Shown: one piece after another, positions 1-15,311 of the stretch
How the letters are laid out: the number at the start of each line of letters is the position of its first letter
Numbering within the stretch: the first letter of the stretch is position 1
From: Chrysomallon squamiferum
Taxonomy: Eukaryota; Animalia; Mollusca
Direction of reading: 5' to 3'
DNA: 64,000 bases
Assembly (NCBI GenBank): GCA_012295275.1
Contig: CM022670.1
Span: 30,256,001 to 30,320,000, forward strand
Position numbers and translations under genes: made by a program
Notes under the pieces: model-generated
Seen by the model: only the letters and a program-made list of their open reading frames with translations
The model's database searches: none
Told to the model about the DNA's origin: nothing

Positions 1-2435
1 GTTCTCACACCAACAGGTAACTGAAACAAACATGCATCAGACTGATGCTGTTCAAGCCTTTACACTTTGCCTGAAAATCAATGGAATGTCTCAATTACAA
101 GTAAATGTAAAGAATTTATGAATGCATTTTTTCCAAGGACTGGATTTAGAATTTTTCCACACAGATTCTGTTAGATAAATGTCTGTGTATGTGTATATAT
201 GTATGAATGTATCTAAATATGATATATTAATATAGGTATATTTGTGTTTGTAAATGTCTGTAATATATGTATGTATACACAGACATGTATACATGTTGAA
301 CCTAAGTATAAATGTGACTACATATGCACGCATGGATGCATGTATGTATAGATTTGCATAAAGTATATAAAACAGAAAAATTTGTTTCAATGTGAGCTAA
401 TCACAACATACACAGAGCAAATTTAGCCTTAAAGATTTAAGTAAAGATGCTTACCTACAACTTAACTTTATTAAACACATTACAAAGTACTATTATAGTC
501 ATGTTGAGGCATTATGTTCAGAAAACCAGTGTGTTGCTTGGCTTAATTAAACTGGTTAATATGTCTTGGGTGTAATTAATAAATTTAATGATAATATGTG
601 TGTAAAATGGATCATTAACTTAATTCTGATTTGGTAAAATGTAAATTTTTACAGTTTGCCTGCCAAAACATTGCTGGAAATTTTTGTTTTTTATTTTTGT
701 TTTTTTTTAAATAATAAACATTAATAAAACATTTATACTCTTCATTAAAAGTGAGAAATGCCACATACACTGACAAACAAAAAGAATGTTAAATAAAATA
801 GCCAATATATTGGATATAAAGAATTGATAGTTTTCTTTGAAATTGTTTCTCTGAAGATTTAGTTTTTAACATGATTGTAAATGACTTAATTTGCATTAAA
901 GTTCAAGTTATCACAGGTTCAGTATATACATGTTTTTATTTTTATTTTAAATTAGCAAATAGACTTTCTTTCTCATTAAAATCAAGCACCATCTTGTCTT
1001 GTACTGCAGGTAAATAATTTGTCAAATATTTATCCTGTCAAGATGTTTTGCTCTATCTTTTGGTCATGTACAATCTGAACATGGTATCTGAACAGGTCAA
1101 ATTCCATCCAGTCCGATCTTAACCACTGTACATTTCTTGTCAATTTATAACATGTATGATCTGATGCATCAGTAATTTATTGTTTAATAATCTAAAGTTG
1201 TTTTGATTTATTCCATTATTAGTTAGAATGTTTTTGAAATGTAAATGATGATCAGGTTAAAATTAGTCACTTAGTGTATATAATTAACAGTCATTAACTA
1301 TGCAACTTTGTGTTTGTCAAATTCTAATTATCATTTTATACAAAAGAGAAAAAAGATGATTTTTAAAAATGAAAAATTTATTAAAAAGCTTAAAAGAGAT
1401 TTCTATATCATTATATGAAATTATTTCTTTGATTTTTTTTTTTCACTGTTTGATAAAATTACATTATAATATTTATATATATCATTTTCCTTTTTGTTTA
1501 ATTTATTCTGTTTTTTATAGTATTTATTGTTCACATAATGTGTTCATACACATTCATATCCAGGGACACTTATTCTTTTTTATTCATATATTTTTTTATG
1601 AAAAAAAAGAACAAAAAAAGAACAAAACCCCCATTCTTCATTGACAAGATTTACATGCACATATATTTTATGATACAAATGGTTACAATAAACTTATACA
1701 CTATCACAGAAGACCACAGCTATGTACATATAGCTGTAGTCATTAAGTCTAACACCAAATGAAATCACAGCATGCCTCAATCCTGATGATAACCATTCCT
1801 AGATAATAAGAAATTTATTAAGCTTTATCTGTTCTTGTGGAATTTCTGAATGTGATGGAAATGTTCACAAGTGCCTACAAGATTCACAAAGTAGCACTTT
1901 CTTCTTTTGTGGTCATGCAGCCCACATATACATTTCAATGGGTATTATCAGCAGTTGTAAGTCTGCTATGGTAAATCCCAGCTTATTTACCTGGCTATTA
2001 TTGGATGGCGTAGGTGTGTGTCCACCTGAGCCTGAATAATGAATACTATGTTCAGTCTATCCAGCTTGACATTGAACTGATCAATGTTACTTCAGGCTTA
2101 TAAATAATTTTTCACATTTATATTTATTAATGTTAATATATTTGCAAATTGGTGCTAAAAGAAAAATTAATTTTTGTTTAGTGTGATACAGATGTCTTAT
2201 TGGCATTATGATCACTCAAATGGCCAATATCTTTTAAAGAACGGATTGTTTTTTCTTTGAAATTATTTCTCTGAAGATTTATTTCTGTAGCACATGAATT
2301 TTTTGTATGTGTGTATGTCTCTATGTCTTGTTTCTATATATTAAAAACTGAAACTGAAATTATTGGTATTGTTCGTTAAAAAATATGAAGTCAAAACATA
2401 AAGACAATAAAATACCCAAAATGATTATGTTTTGT

Positions 2436-2467
<32 letters not shown>

Positions 2468-2772
2468 CACACACACCAAAATGTCAATTAAACACAAAAG
2501 AGTAAATTACATAAACACAATAAATAAATATTTCTACTCCACTGTCTAGAAAATATTGTGTAATTCAGTTAAAGTTTTCAAATGTATGCTAAAATTGTTT
2601 ATCTTTTAATAATGCACTAGCCCAGAAAAAAGATTTGGACTTATAATTTGCATTGAAGAATTTGGCATCTGGATTTGATTGTTGTAGATGTAGGATCATC
2701 TTCTTAAAACTCTGTTAGGCTTATCAAAGACTCAACTTGTAGAGAAACTTGTGTGTTCAGTTAAACAAGATG

Positions 2773-3770
2773 CAGAATATCCTGTGCATTCATTTATTTA
2801 GACAACTCACAGATAAACCTGTACATTAATTTATTTCACAACCCACAGTGGAACATTTGTATTCATTTATTTTACAACCCACAGAGGAACCTGTACATTC
2901 ATTTATTTCACAACCCACAGAGAAACCTGCTTATTCATTTATTTTACAACCCACAGAGGAACCTGTACATTCATGTATTTCACAACCCACAGAGGAACCT
3001 GTACATTCATTTATTTCACAATCTACAGAGGAATCTCTACATTCATTTATTTCACAATCTACAGAGGAACCTGTACATTCATTTATTTTACAACCCACAG
3101 AAGAACCTGTACATTCATTTATTTTACAACCCACAGAGGAACATCTACATTCATTTATTTCACAATCTACAGAGGAATCTCTACATTCATTTATTTCACA
3201 ATCTACAGAGGAACCTGTACATTCATTTATTTTACAACCCACAGAAGAACCTGTACATTCATTTATTTTACAACCCACAGAGGAACATCTACATTCATTT
3301 ATTTCACAATCTACAGAGGAATCTCTACATTCATTTATTTCACAATCTACAGAGGAACCTGTACATTCATTTATTTTACAGCCCACAGAAGAACCTGTAC
3401 ATTCATTTATTTTACAACCCACAGAAGAACCTGTACATTCATTTATTTTACAACCCACAGAAGAACCTGTACATTCATTTATTTTACAACCCACAGAGGA
3501 ACCTGCTCATTCATTTATTTCATAACATATAGAGGAACCTGTACATTCATTTATTTTACAACCCAAAGAGGAACCTGTACATTAATTTATTTCACAACCT
3601 ACAGAGGAACCTGTACATTCATTTATTTTACAATCTACAGAGGAACCAGTACATTAATTTATTTCACAACCTACAGAGGAACCTGTACATTCATTTATTT
3701 CACAACCTACAGAGAAACCTGTACATTCATTTAATTCACAACCAATACAAGAACATGTACATTCATTTAC
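2773..3770. repeat. 36-bp minisatellite, roughly 27 units (consensus ACAGAGGAACCTGTACATTCATTTATTTTACAACCC)
   Basis: The tandem array is directly visible and produces 12-aa periodic ORFs in three frames. Confidence 0.95.
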
Positions 3771-4123
3771 AATACAACAGTTATATGCCAATGATTTTTT
3801 TTTATTATTTCACAATCCACAGTAAAACCTGAAAGATTCATTTATTTTGGAAGAGGTTGACTCAATGAAGATAACTTTGTAATGCTGTTATGTTAGAAAA
3901 CATAACTGATACGGTGTGTGTTTGTGTGTGTTTGAATTTTAATTTTGTTCTTGTTTCGGCTTTATTGCTTTTTTTTGTGTTGTTTTTATAACTAGATTGC
4001 TGGTGAACCTTAATGTTTGGTGGAATGTGATAAAATGAAATTTTTAACTTTTGTATAATAGATTTAAGTATGTATATGCAATATAAAAAAATATTTCAGG
4101 ATAGGGCTATATATATATATCTA

Positions 4124-4177
<54 letters not shown>

Positions 4178-5059
4178 CACACACACATACAAACAATTAT
4201 ATTAAAAAAAAAGCAACATATTTCTCAGAAAATATATTGAAATGATAGAAGAAAAAAAAACAACATAATTTTTGTATTCAAAAAAAAAAAAAAAAAAAAT
4301 TGTTTTTAATATTTATGTAATTAAAGCTGCACTGATGTTACAATAATAATAATAGTATTAATAATAATAATAATAATAATAGATACCAAAAATTATGTTA
4401 ACTGATAGAGGTTATTTCAAATTTACTCCATTTTTTCATCAGCATAGGTTTTTATTAGTATTTATAAAATATAGACAACATTTGTAAATTCATAAATGTA
4501 CATATTCCCACAAACACACACACACACTCACACTCACACATACACATACACATGCAAATAAAAAGAGAGAAATCTATTAATAAAAATAAATGATATCAAT
4601 ATAAAAAATGTTTTAAATTGAATTATCACAAAAATGATCATAAACCCCAAACAGCATTAAACTGCTTCTACAATACTAAATGGTTAAATAATTTCTACAT
4701 ACAGTTTTCTTCTTGTTGTTGAGGATTTCTCCTATCCCAGCTTTCCCATTTAATATAATGAATGAACTATTTTATTTTCACTAGCTGTCACAATATCAAT
4801 GATGACATGTCATCCAATGGCAAAAAATTTAGTCTGCTTTGAACAAAAAAATGTTAGAGTCCATTTTAGTCACAAAAGCATAACCTTAAATATGCTTGAA
4901 GCCTGTTAATAGCTGATTAATAATGATTAAATTTTCCATACATCCTTCGGGGTAAAATGAATGATATGCATCACACTAATATATCATGTCATCATTGTTT
5001 CAGGCTAAATAGTTCAGTATCCTAAGATAATGCAGAAAGTGAAATGAAAATGATAAATG

Positions 5060-5350
5060 TAAAAGGCAAAATGATATGCTAAGCCAATGTGCCATTAGGT
5101 ATTAGGCAAACATAATTATGCCAATGTACCAGAAATAATCGTAGGCAAAATGGTTTGCTAAGTCTGTGCACTAGAAAGTATGTTAGAAAAATGGTATCCT
5201 AAGCCAATCTGCTAAAAATTATTTGGCAAAATGCTAACCAAAGTTAATCTGCCAAAACATATTAGGCAGACACACAATATACTAGTCAAAACATATTAAG
5301 CAAAATCACACACAAAACTAATGTGCCAGTAAATATTCTTTAGGTAAAAT
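5060..5350. repeat. Degenerate tandem repeat, ~38-bp unit (GGCAAAATG...CTAAGCCAATGTGCCA)
   Basis: The motifs aggcaaaa / aagccaat recur at roughly 38-bp spacing. Confidence 0.55.
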
Positions 5351-7040
5351 AGCTTCCTTAACAAATGTATGAAAAAGAAGAATTTTATATATATTCATTG
5401 CTGCTGTTTAAATGAAATAAAATTGTTAATGACTAGTTTTGAATATATAAACATTTATTTAAAAATAATATAGAAAATGAATGAAATGAATTAACTTCTT
5501 TTAATATTTGTGCTTATTAAATAATGTCAGCCATGTGTTTTGTAAAATGATGAAACATTTGTTTGTGTTCATGTCTACATGTATGAGTGTATGTGTGTGA
5601 GAGAGAGTACATGTATTTATATATTTTCTTATCAGAAGACACATAACCTTTTATAAATATGTAAGGATTGGAATGGGAAACAGCTCAAAGCTCACATATA
5701 AAAGGGCTGAACTCATTAGTCCATGCCCTGAGTTAATCTCAAACCAAAAACCAGTTATCAAATATTAACTACTTCATGTAAACTTTCTAATTCACTACAT
5801 TATAATCTCATAAATTTCTTCTGCCAATTTATTATATTTGTTATGAATTAAAGTCTATTTGAAATGATAAGTAGAATTTAAAAAGAAAAAAATAATTGAT
5901 ATTTATACACAGAATTAGTCTTCAAAGGTAAAACCAATGTTCAAAGAGTATTGGAAATGTAATTGAATGAAAAATTATTATTTATGAAATTGTTAAGTAT
6001 CTAACAACTGCAAAATATATAGAACTTATGAACTGTATCTCATTTTGTTTTTTAAAATTAGTGGGGTAGCAGAATATTTTAAAATCCCAGGAATAAAGTT
6101 ACATAAAACTCTTTATACAGACTGATTTTACAACTTAAAATTGTACACGGTCATTGTAATGGTCCTGTATGTTATTCAGTGGTAACAATATGTGTTTTTA
6201 ATGAACAGACTACATTTGGCATCAGATAAACTGTTAAAAGATATTCATTATGTTCATAAGATAAAAATATTTAAAAAATAAAATAAATATACTTCACTGA
6301 TCAGCAAGTCAGAGAATACGATCAAGAATGGCAAAAAAATATGCATTTTTTAAAATGGATAAAAAAGATAAAGGAGTAAAGAAACATTATTGATTGTAAC
6401 CAAAATTAATAAGAAAACTTCAAAACCTTTCAGCTGTTTTATACACAAAATGATTATTCTGTTTCCATAGTGATGTCAAAACCAGTGGTCCAAACAAGGT
6501 AAAATGACTGAATATACAAAACATTATCAGCTATGTGGAAACAAACAGCCTCCAGTAATAATTTACCAGTGTCATTTATTATTGATCTGATCATCTTGGG
6601 ATGCAGCTACAACAGTACCCAGATATCCTGTAAAGTTTTTACTTATCTGTCTGGAATTTTCTGTGGAGAAATTATTTTTATTATCATTATTATTATTGTT
6701 GCTGATGTTGTTGTGGTTATTATTACTATTATTATTATTATTTTAACTTAAAAAAAAACTTGTTTTCTGTAAATACTGGCCCTTATACCCATGAACTAGT
6801 TACATATACTAGTGAGGTAAATTCTCCAAGATAAATCAAAGTACATAAACCAGTTATAAATGATAACTTTTTTCTAATTCTTATAACAATAATAATATTA
6901 AAGTATACACTAAATACTTAATATCATATTGTCAGAACAGAATTATCATAATAACTGTCATTTTATTTCACTAGCATTCCTTTTCTAACACAAAAATTCC
7001 ACATAATTAACCAGTCTTGACAAAAATGTGTTAACCTTAC

Positions 7041-7117
7041 TTTTGATATGCCAGATTCTCCCTCTTCCCTTCTTCCCAACCTTGAGGAAAGTGACAACCA
7101 ACAAGTTCTGACTTCAT
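7041..7117 (-). CDS. Candidate alternative first coding exon of the PDZ gene (PDZ-less isoform)
   Basis: ATG-initiated MKSELVGCHFPQGWEEGKRENLAYQ(K) ends at a strong donor AA|gtaagg in phase 2, the same phase as exon 2. The sequence is GC-richer than its flanks. There is no homology evidence. Confidence 0.4.
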
Positions 7118-10100
7118 GTCAAAGTCACATGTATGTCCTAGCTGACAAAGTCCTTACACTAACACTCCAGTTTCTGTCTGACATACGTCACTGTCTGTGA
7201 AAATGTGTGTTTACATGGACATGTAATTTTAACATGTCTGGACACCTGGAACTTTTTATTAATATCTATATATATATATATTTTTTTTTTTTTATTATTA
7301 TTATTTTTTTTTTAACCTTCAAAAACAAATTATTAATCTATTTTGTCATAGTAATGTTATTTATACATGCCTGAAATCAAAGGATTTAAAAATTTAATAA
7401 GTAATGATTTTTATTTGGTCTATTTAAAAATGGAGTTCTCAATCTATATAATGTTAAAATTTAGTTTTTAATGTTATTTATATGTCAACAGCTTTTAACT
7501 AAAGATTTATTATTGGTCTTTTTATAAAGGAAAAGTCTTAAATCAGCAGCTTTTAAAATTTACTACAGATTTTTCTTAAGGTCTTTTTATAATGGGCTTA
7601 TTAAAATCTATAATATGTTAAAATTATATTCTTAATGTTATTTGTTAGTACATTAAATCACTGAAATTTATAATCTAGTATCTACAGATTTTTATTTGTG
7701 GTTTTTTTCCAGTGGTTTTCTTTATCTATAGGCCCTATATTAAAATTAAATGTTTGATGGCATTTTTACATGTCTTAAATCAAAAGTTTTTATTATTAAA
7801 TAGCTAAATATTTTTCCATTTGTCTTTCTCTTTGGATCTTTTTACAATGGTTTCCGTAAATCTATATTTTAAAATTATCTATTTAATGGTGATACATTCT
7901 GAAACCAAACATTTTTTAAATTTAATATTCAAAAATTGTTTATGTTGGCCTTTTTGTGGATTTCTTAACATGTTAAACTTTTAAATTATAATTATGTTAT
8001 TTATACCTGTCATAAATCTAAGCATATTAAAACTGAATAATCTTAAAGGTGTTTTTTTTAAATTAATTTACTGAAATTATGTATATAATGATATTTATAA
8101 ACTTTCATAAATCTAAGTTTAGATTTTTCTGTAGGCCTTTTATAAAATACAAAGAAATTTTGTAGGTTTTTTTGAGTCTTAATTTGTTAATGGTGTCTTT
8201 AAACTTAATTCATTTAAAACTCAATATTAAAAGTTTTTCTTTTGTAACACAAATGAAATATTGTAGAAATTTTGGTCTATGATACATGTTATATAGTTTC
8301 TTTAATATTACTAAATGCATCTTAATAACATTTAAAACTATAATTTTTGTGTTGCAATACAAATGATATACTGTAAAATGTTTGATCTATGGTGTGCCTT
8401 TAATGTTTAATAAATCTATTTTTACACGTTATAAAAGGGAATAACTATAATTTTTATTTTACAGTACAAATGAAATATATCTGTAAATCTTGATCTATCA
8501 CATGTAAGGTTTATTAAATGTAAAATTTAATGGTTTATTAAATATATATTAATAACTTAAAAGATGAAATATTGCACAAATGAAATATTGCATAACCTCT
8601 TATCATAATGTGTTAATAAAAAATGTTTATGTTCATTACATATATTTTAAATAAATGCCTTTTAAAATTTAATATTTATTGATTTTTATTTAGGTATTTT
8701 ACCATTCAAATGAAATATTATGGTTTTTTCTTGTCATGTTTTTGTTACTCAGTCAGATTACAGAAATATTATACAACCATTGTTGTTAATTATTGATTCT
8801 GATAACCTAAAACCTACACATCAAACTGTCCTTTTAAATCCATCAACAATTACTATGCAAATACTGCGTTTTTATGGGTGTTCATTATCAACAAAGCATG
8901 TCATCAATGTGGTTTCTGACAAAAATCTGCAGCAAAAAAACATAATAATAATAATAAAAAAGATTAAAAAACACCTGTGATAATTGAAATAAACTTTTTT
9001 TTTTTTTTTTTCATAAACTTCAAAACTCTTATTTACAAGAATTATGATTTTAAAAATTATTTGTCTCTAGATTAAAGGCTTGTGGGTTCCTTTTTTTCAT
9101 ATAATAGAATAAAAAATGTAATTGTCCAAACTAGTAATATCAACAGCTATAATAACAGCTAAATAATATTTAAAAAATGAAAAACCTCAAGATATCTGAA
9201 ACAGTTGTATTTAATATCAGAACCTTTACATTAAATGTTTATAACCAATCAAACTTTGATTCCTGTTATTTTACGGCCATACCTATTTTGAGTTCAGTTT
9301 TTTTTTCCATTTTTTTGGATCAGATACTTGATAAATGAATAAATAAGAATTTGTGGTTTCTGTGACCCAGACATATAAACAATTAATAACTCTTCATCCA
9401 ATAAAATAAATTAATATTGATCACTTAATTAAATAATATAACAAGCTTTTTAAGAAAAAAATCCTGTGCACTCAACCATCAGTAATTTAATTTAGAGTTC
9501 TGTATTAAATTTAATGTCATTGTCTTATAGAAAAAGATATTAAATTAGGGATGGTAACAACACACAGAGAATGTCTTTAGTATCTTTCTGATGTGGCTAC
9601 TTGTTTAGAAATTTCATATACAATGATATTTTATTTATTTATTATAATTATGTACAGTGAATAAGGTATAATATGATCTTCTACAGTGGATTTAAGGTGG
9701 GTTTTTTTTTAATCTAAATAAATAGAAAATAAAATCTGCCTTCAAAATGTTAAAATACACTGAATAAAATCCTATTATAAATACAATATTTGCAGTCAAG
9801 ACATAACATACTGAAGTGACATTAATATGTTGTTTCAAGTAATTCTAAATGTACATACAACATACTGAAAACACCTTAGAATGCATGTGTAATTTTGTAT
9901 ACAAGGTTCAATATCTGTTTAAATTTGATAAAAGCTGTTAATGTGCTGAAACTGATATAACAAAGACAATTATTTATTTCCTTCTAAACTGATGTTTAAA
10001 AATTACTACCATAGAAATAGATATACTGCATAAATATTATTCTTAAATATTTTGTATATGCATTTTATAGTCAAGATAATAGAAGAAATATATTTCAATT

Positions 10101-11548
10101 TAAATAAGGTATTTATACCTGCAATATTGGATAGTCAAAAAATATTACCATCTTTTCATCCTTTTTATTTTGTAAGGTTTCATGACAAATGTCAAAATGA
10201 TTAACCTTTTTCTTCTACAAACCAAAACCCATAAAACAACTATCTTATCTCTGCAGACAACAGCACAAGCTTTAACACCAATCAATTAATTTTGTTTTCT
10301 CTATCATTTTTTTTAATAATTATTTTTAACCAACCTGCAATATTCCTGAATCCCTGCCAAGCAAAAGGTGGTCATGTTTTCATGAGGTATATTCCTGCAG
10401 TGAGAACAGCAAATTGTTAGAGCTGTCCACTTACTAGTTTGCCATCTGTGTGTTTGGCAAAGAAAATCATGCCTGGTGCCACATGTCCATCAAATAAATG
10501 TTTGGATTATACCTGAAATGACTGTAGTCAGTCTTGCTTCACTGATTGGCTCTTTTCTGTTGCCTCTCCTTAGCCACTCTCTCATTAATTAATCATGTAA
10601 CCTTTAACACTCATTTCTTATTATACATTTATTACTGCTGCAACTACTCCCAAGAAGGAGTACAAAAAAATGCATGCCTAAAACCAAGTACAATTTTCAT
10701 TGTCTTCATAGAAAAAGTTAGTCATTCTTGAAATCTTTGAAAACTTTTTAAAAATTTGTTACCTTTACTGGAGATATCACAATTATCCAGAAAACTAAGA
10801 ATATATTTTCTTTTTCCAGTGATATTAAGTGCAGCTATTTAGTAAATGTATATTCATATACAAAACACTGTATTTATTTATTTAATTTTCATTCTTTGAA
10901 AAATAAAAAAAAAAAAAAGAGACAATATATGAAATGTTTTTGAAGCTTCAGAAAAATTCATAACCAACCAATGAATTCAGACCAAGTATTGACCATTTCA
11001 AACCCTTTTATCTAAACATATTATATACTAACACAAAACATCTCTCCTTTATCTATGCAGCCAGTGAAATAGTCTGTTACTTAGACCTGAACTTGAAAAC
11101 ATATTAATAACATTTACCATGGAACTGAAAATCCTGGATTGTGCTTCACATAAAGAAAGCAACAGTAGTTAACCAGACTGATCAAATATGCAAAGATTAG
11201 CCAACGTAATCCACTGTGGAGAGTGCAGCACTAGTAGAAAGTCTGATGTGTCTGCAGAACCCACACTCAGATTACTGGAGAATAAACAAACCCCAACATT
11301 TTATGAGGATGGCTAACAGTGGACTTTCTTGAAAGAATATATTGCTATACTGTTATGATTGACCTTACTAACATAAGTGGTCAAGCCATTCCATGTTTGC
11401 CTGTCAGAGATTGGCATTGTGTTCTGGCATCAGTGTCTCTGTGGTATTCTTTACTGGGAAGGTATGAAGGGGTAAATTGACTTGCAGACTGAAATCCTAT
11501 AACTCACACCCAAAGGGATAGTTATCCAATATTGTTACAATCCTTAAA

Positions 11549-11615
<67 letters not shown>

Positions 11616-14600
11616 AAGATAATTGTTTTATTAAAAAATATTCTGTAACTGACCTGTGTCAGCATAATTATTGTTCATTTACTAATATTAAATTCAAATA
11701 TATTTAGTTTTGAAACAAAAAGTTAACTAAGAAAATAAAATTAAAACATTAAACAGAAGGTAGACTTAACACATTCAGGAAAATAAACCATTACTGATTA
11801 AATATATCCCAAATGTAGACAAACACCAATGATATGTCCCACTGACTGTGTATTTTCTTCCAGCCAAAATATCCAGTCTGAGCAAACAAATATCATTAAC
11901 TGAAACCTGTTTTCACAAAATAAATAAAAGGCAAATGTTTCATCAGTACACATGTATTCATAGTTGTAAGCTAAAGAATGATGGTTAATGATACTTCAGT
12001 ACACAGTGTGTAATCTGTAACTAGGTGTCAAACACACAGTTATTCTGATACCTGGCTAAGATCTCAAGAATCACTGTGGAGTTTTTGCTTTTGTACATCA
12101 GCAAGAAAGCATTTTGTTAATGAAGTTTCACTGACAGCAAAGCACAGAGTAGCTTTTTACAGATAAAACACAGAAAGGGAATGAGGGAAGAAAATGTACT
12201 TTCATCATAATTACATTTATACATTGTTTTTGTCTGAAGTATATGCTATGATTTGTAATCAACAGTGATCAAATATTTTCAGTGTAAATACTTATTATAT
12301 TTATACAGAGTTGTTTCAAATATATAATTTAGAAATGTTGATATTTCCAATACAAATACTTTGTTATTATTCTTATATGGATTTCTTTAAAATATGTAAT
12401 TTAGAAGTTGTGATTTGAAGTCAGTGGTTGTGATTTCATTGCAAATACTTCATTATTATACATACAGAGACATTTAAATTCAAAGTTTATGTTTTGTAAG
12501 TGGTAACTGCATTTCTTTCATACGAAGTAATTACAGTGACAAAAAACTGTATCTAAAGTATATACTTTACATTTCATGGTTTCAGTGGTATGTCAGGGTA
12601 TTCACATCATTCACCTAGATGTACCTAAGTATGTGCTTTGCAATTAGTGATTTCTGTTGGGTAGTATTCAATATTTGTAAAGATGCTGTATAAATATTAA
12701 TATAAACACAGAATTGTACTTAAGTATTATACCAGACAATTCAAGTTATTAGACAAATATTGTCTTTGTATATTCTTCATCAAGTATTTTTCAATACAGC
12801 AGAAGTTTATTTTTAAAGCATTTCATCATTAACATTTACATTAGATTTGTGATACATATGTATTTATTTTATTATTTAAATTAACCTGGAGTTGTATCTA
12901 AGGTATACATATATATTTATTCTTGGATATTTTTAGGCATATAGTGATGAATTTTATCATGCTTTTACATCATTTCTAAAATTTGCATAAGTTGTATCAA
13001 TGCAAGTATGTTACAATAACTGCATAGTGATGAATATTGTACATGTTCTGGTGACTGAGGGGCATCTTCAATCACATGAATAAACACATTCTGGTTAATT
13101 GGAAAGTGACCAACAGGTGATCAGGTGTGACATCACAAAAAATATCACACCTCAACCCTGAAAGTGAAAGCATTCTGTACTTCAACTCTTTCTTTATTCA
13201 AAAACTCCTTAACTATGCTCTCTTCCACAGGTTTTATTAGCTGGAGCCAAATTTAATTTTTTCTTAATGCTTTAAATTTAATTTGATTGTGATTCATGAT
13301 TTGATGATATGATATGAGATGAAAAGAGAACACACAACACCATGTTGCCACATTCTACATGATGTGAACACTAGATGGGTCAAAAGGCCGATGTTGACAG
13401 TATTTTCAGTCAGATGTTATGCATTCAACACCAGACACATAAAGACATCATGGCAACTAAATCTGTACAAATCTCATTCTAACAAACAGGACCTCACATC
13501 CAGGTGTTGGGACTTTCCTGTGAAAAATAATTTGAACCTTATTTCTTACTTTATTTAAAGAAAAATGTTTTTACATCTGTTAAAGTATCATTGTTTAAAC
13601 ATTGTGGTGTAGATTAAAAAAAAAAAAAAAAAAAATGGTCTTATGATGATTTAAAGCATTATGTTTTCAACATTTTGGATCAAGATAAAGATCATGCTAA
13701 CAGAAATTTTGTTTTTAATATTTCTCTATCCCCATGGACATCATATACATCTCTTTTTGTTGGCATAGACAAAAAATGAATTATATTATTAATAATTAAA
13801 AGAGGAAAGTATGTAATAAAATATGATGTGTAATCTGAAAAAGGATCTGCATTATTTTAGCAACACAGAATATGATTCAAATAAAAGATAAATACTGGAA
13901 ATACAGACAAAAAACATTAACACAGCATCTTGAGTTACTTATTATTACATATATAAAATCAATTAGCTTGAAAAGTTATTATTTATTCAAAAGCAATTTC
14001 ATATACTTGATAGAAACTTGGATCAAATCCTGCTAATAACCCATGCTGTCTATGAGAGATTTAAAGCCCCATGTCCCTGTATTCTCTATTTTTAATTATT
14101 TAAATAATTTGTAATAAAACTATCTTGGATAGAAAACTTGCACTATTGGAAAGTGGCAATAACAGATGTGCTTCTTCAATATTCTAATGTTTCAAACTGT
14201 TATTTAATTATGCTGTAGCTAAATTATTGTTCTAATTAAACATTCAATTTTATCAAAATCAAATCAAAAGCCCACATTTTCTAATTCCAATTTCAATTTA
14301 TAAGGGATGAGGAAAATATATCAAATGCAAAGACCATATATTTATTGAATTCACTGTGAATTATTGTTGTATGAGATATATGAAATATTTTATCAAAAGC
14401 ATAAAAACTATTTATTTTTAAAATTATTGTAATATCAGGGAAGAGACAAATGATAGTAAAAGCAAAAATCTCTACATTTCATAATTCCAGTATAAATTAC
14501 AGTTTACAATAAACAAAACTAATGATAAATTCCAAACATTTACTGAATTCAAAATGCAATTAGGTGTCTGTGGGACAGATCTCAAATCATTAATGGTCTG

Positions 14601-15265
14601 GTGATCAGAAATAAATTAATTATTTGCAGGTATAATTACCTATCCAGAGAGTTATGCCAGACGAGATGAATGCACAATTAAATTACAGTGCACATGAAAT
14701 ATGCACATATTTACTGATTTATTTATATCAAGGGAGAAACCAATTAACTGGGCCTATACATTTCAAGTACAAACATTATTTTTATAAATAGATAATAATT
14801 GCATTTCATGTTAAATTTTGTATTACTGAATTAGTCACCTTACAAGGAAATTGCATGTAAAAGTAACAACAACAACAACAATAATAATAAAAATAATATT
14901 AAAAATATTAGTAATAATGATAATACTAACGACAACAACAGCAAAAATAAACAGAATTAACAATCCATTCAAACACCAATAAGAAACGTTTTCTTTTTGT
15001 TTTGAAATAAAATATTCAGTATAGAATTTAGCTCCGTGGTCAAAACAGCTAAATGATATGTAGGGATTACAATAGACTTCAGTTTCTGTTATCTAATACA
15101 TCATCATTTTTAACCTGCCTTTTAACTGATACAAACAAGTTTTTCTTCTTCTTCTCTGGTCTACTAAATAGACATCTTCAAGGTTCTTCCTTGTTTATTT
15201 TTATATGTACATATTTGTATGTTTGATCTGTCTGTCAGTTTTGTGTGTGTCTATGGATGTGTGTT

Positions 15266-15311
<46 letters not shown>

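Noticed and set aside
2848-3734. Long ORFs (225, 187 and 253 aa) and a CRISPR-like appearance
   Set aside because: The ORFs are by-products of a stop-free 36-bp tandem unit. There are no unique spacers or cas genes, and the context is eukaryotic.
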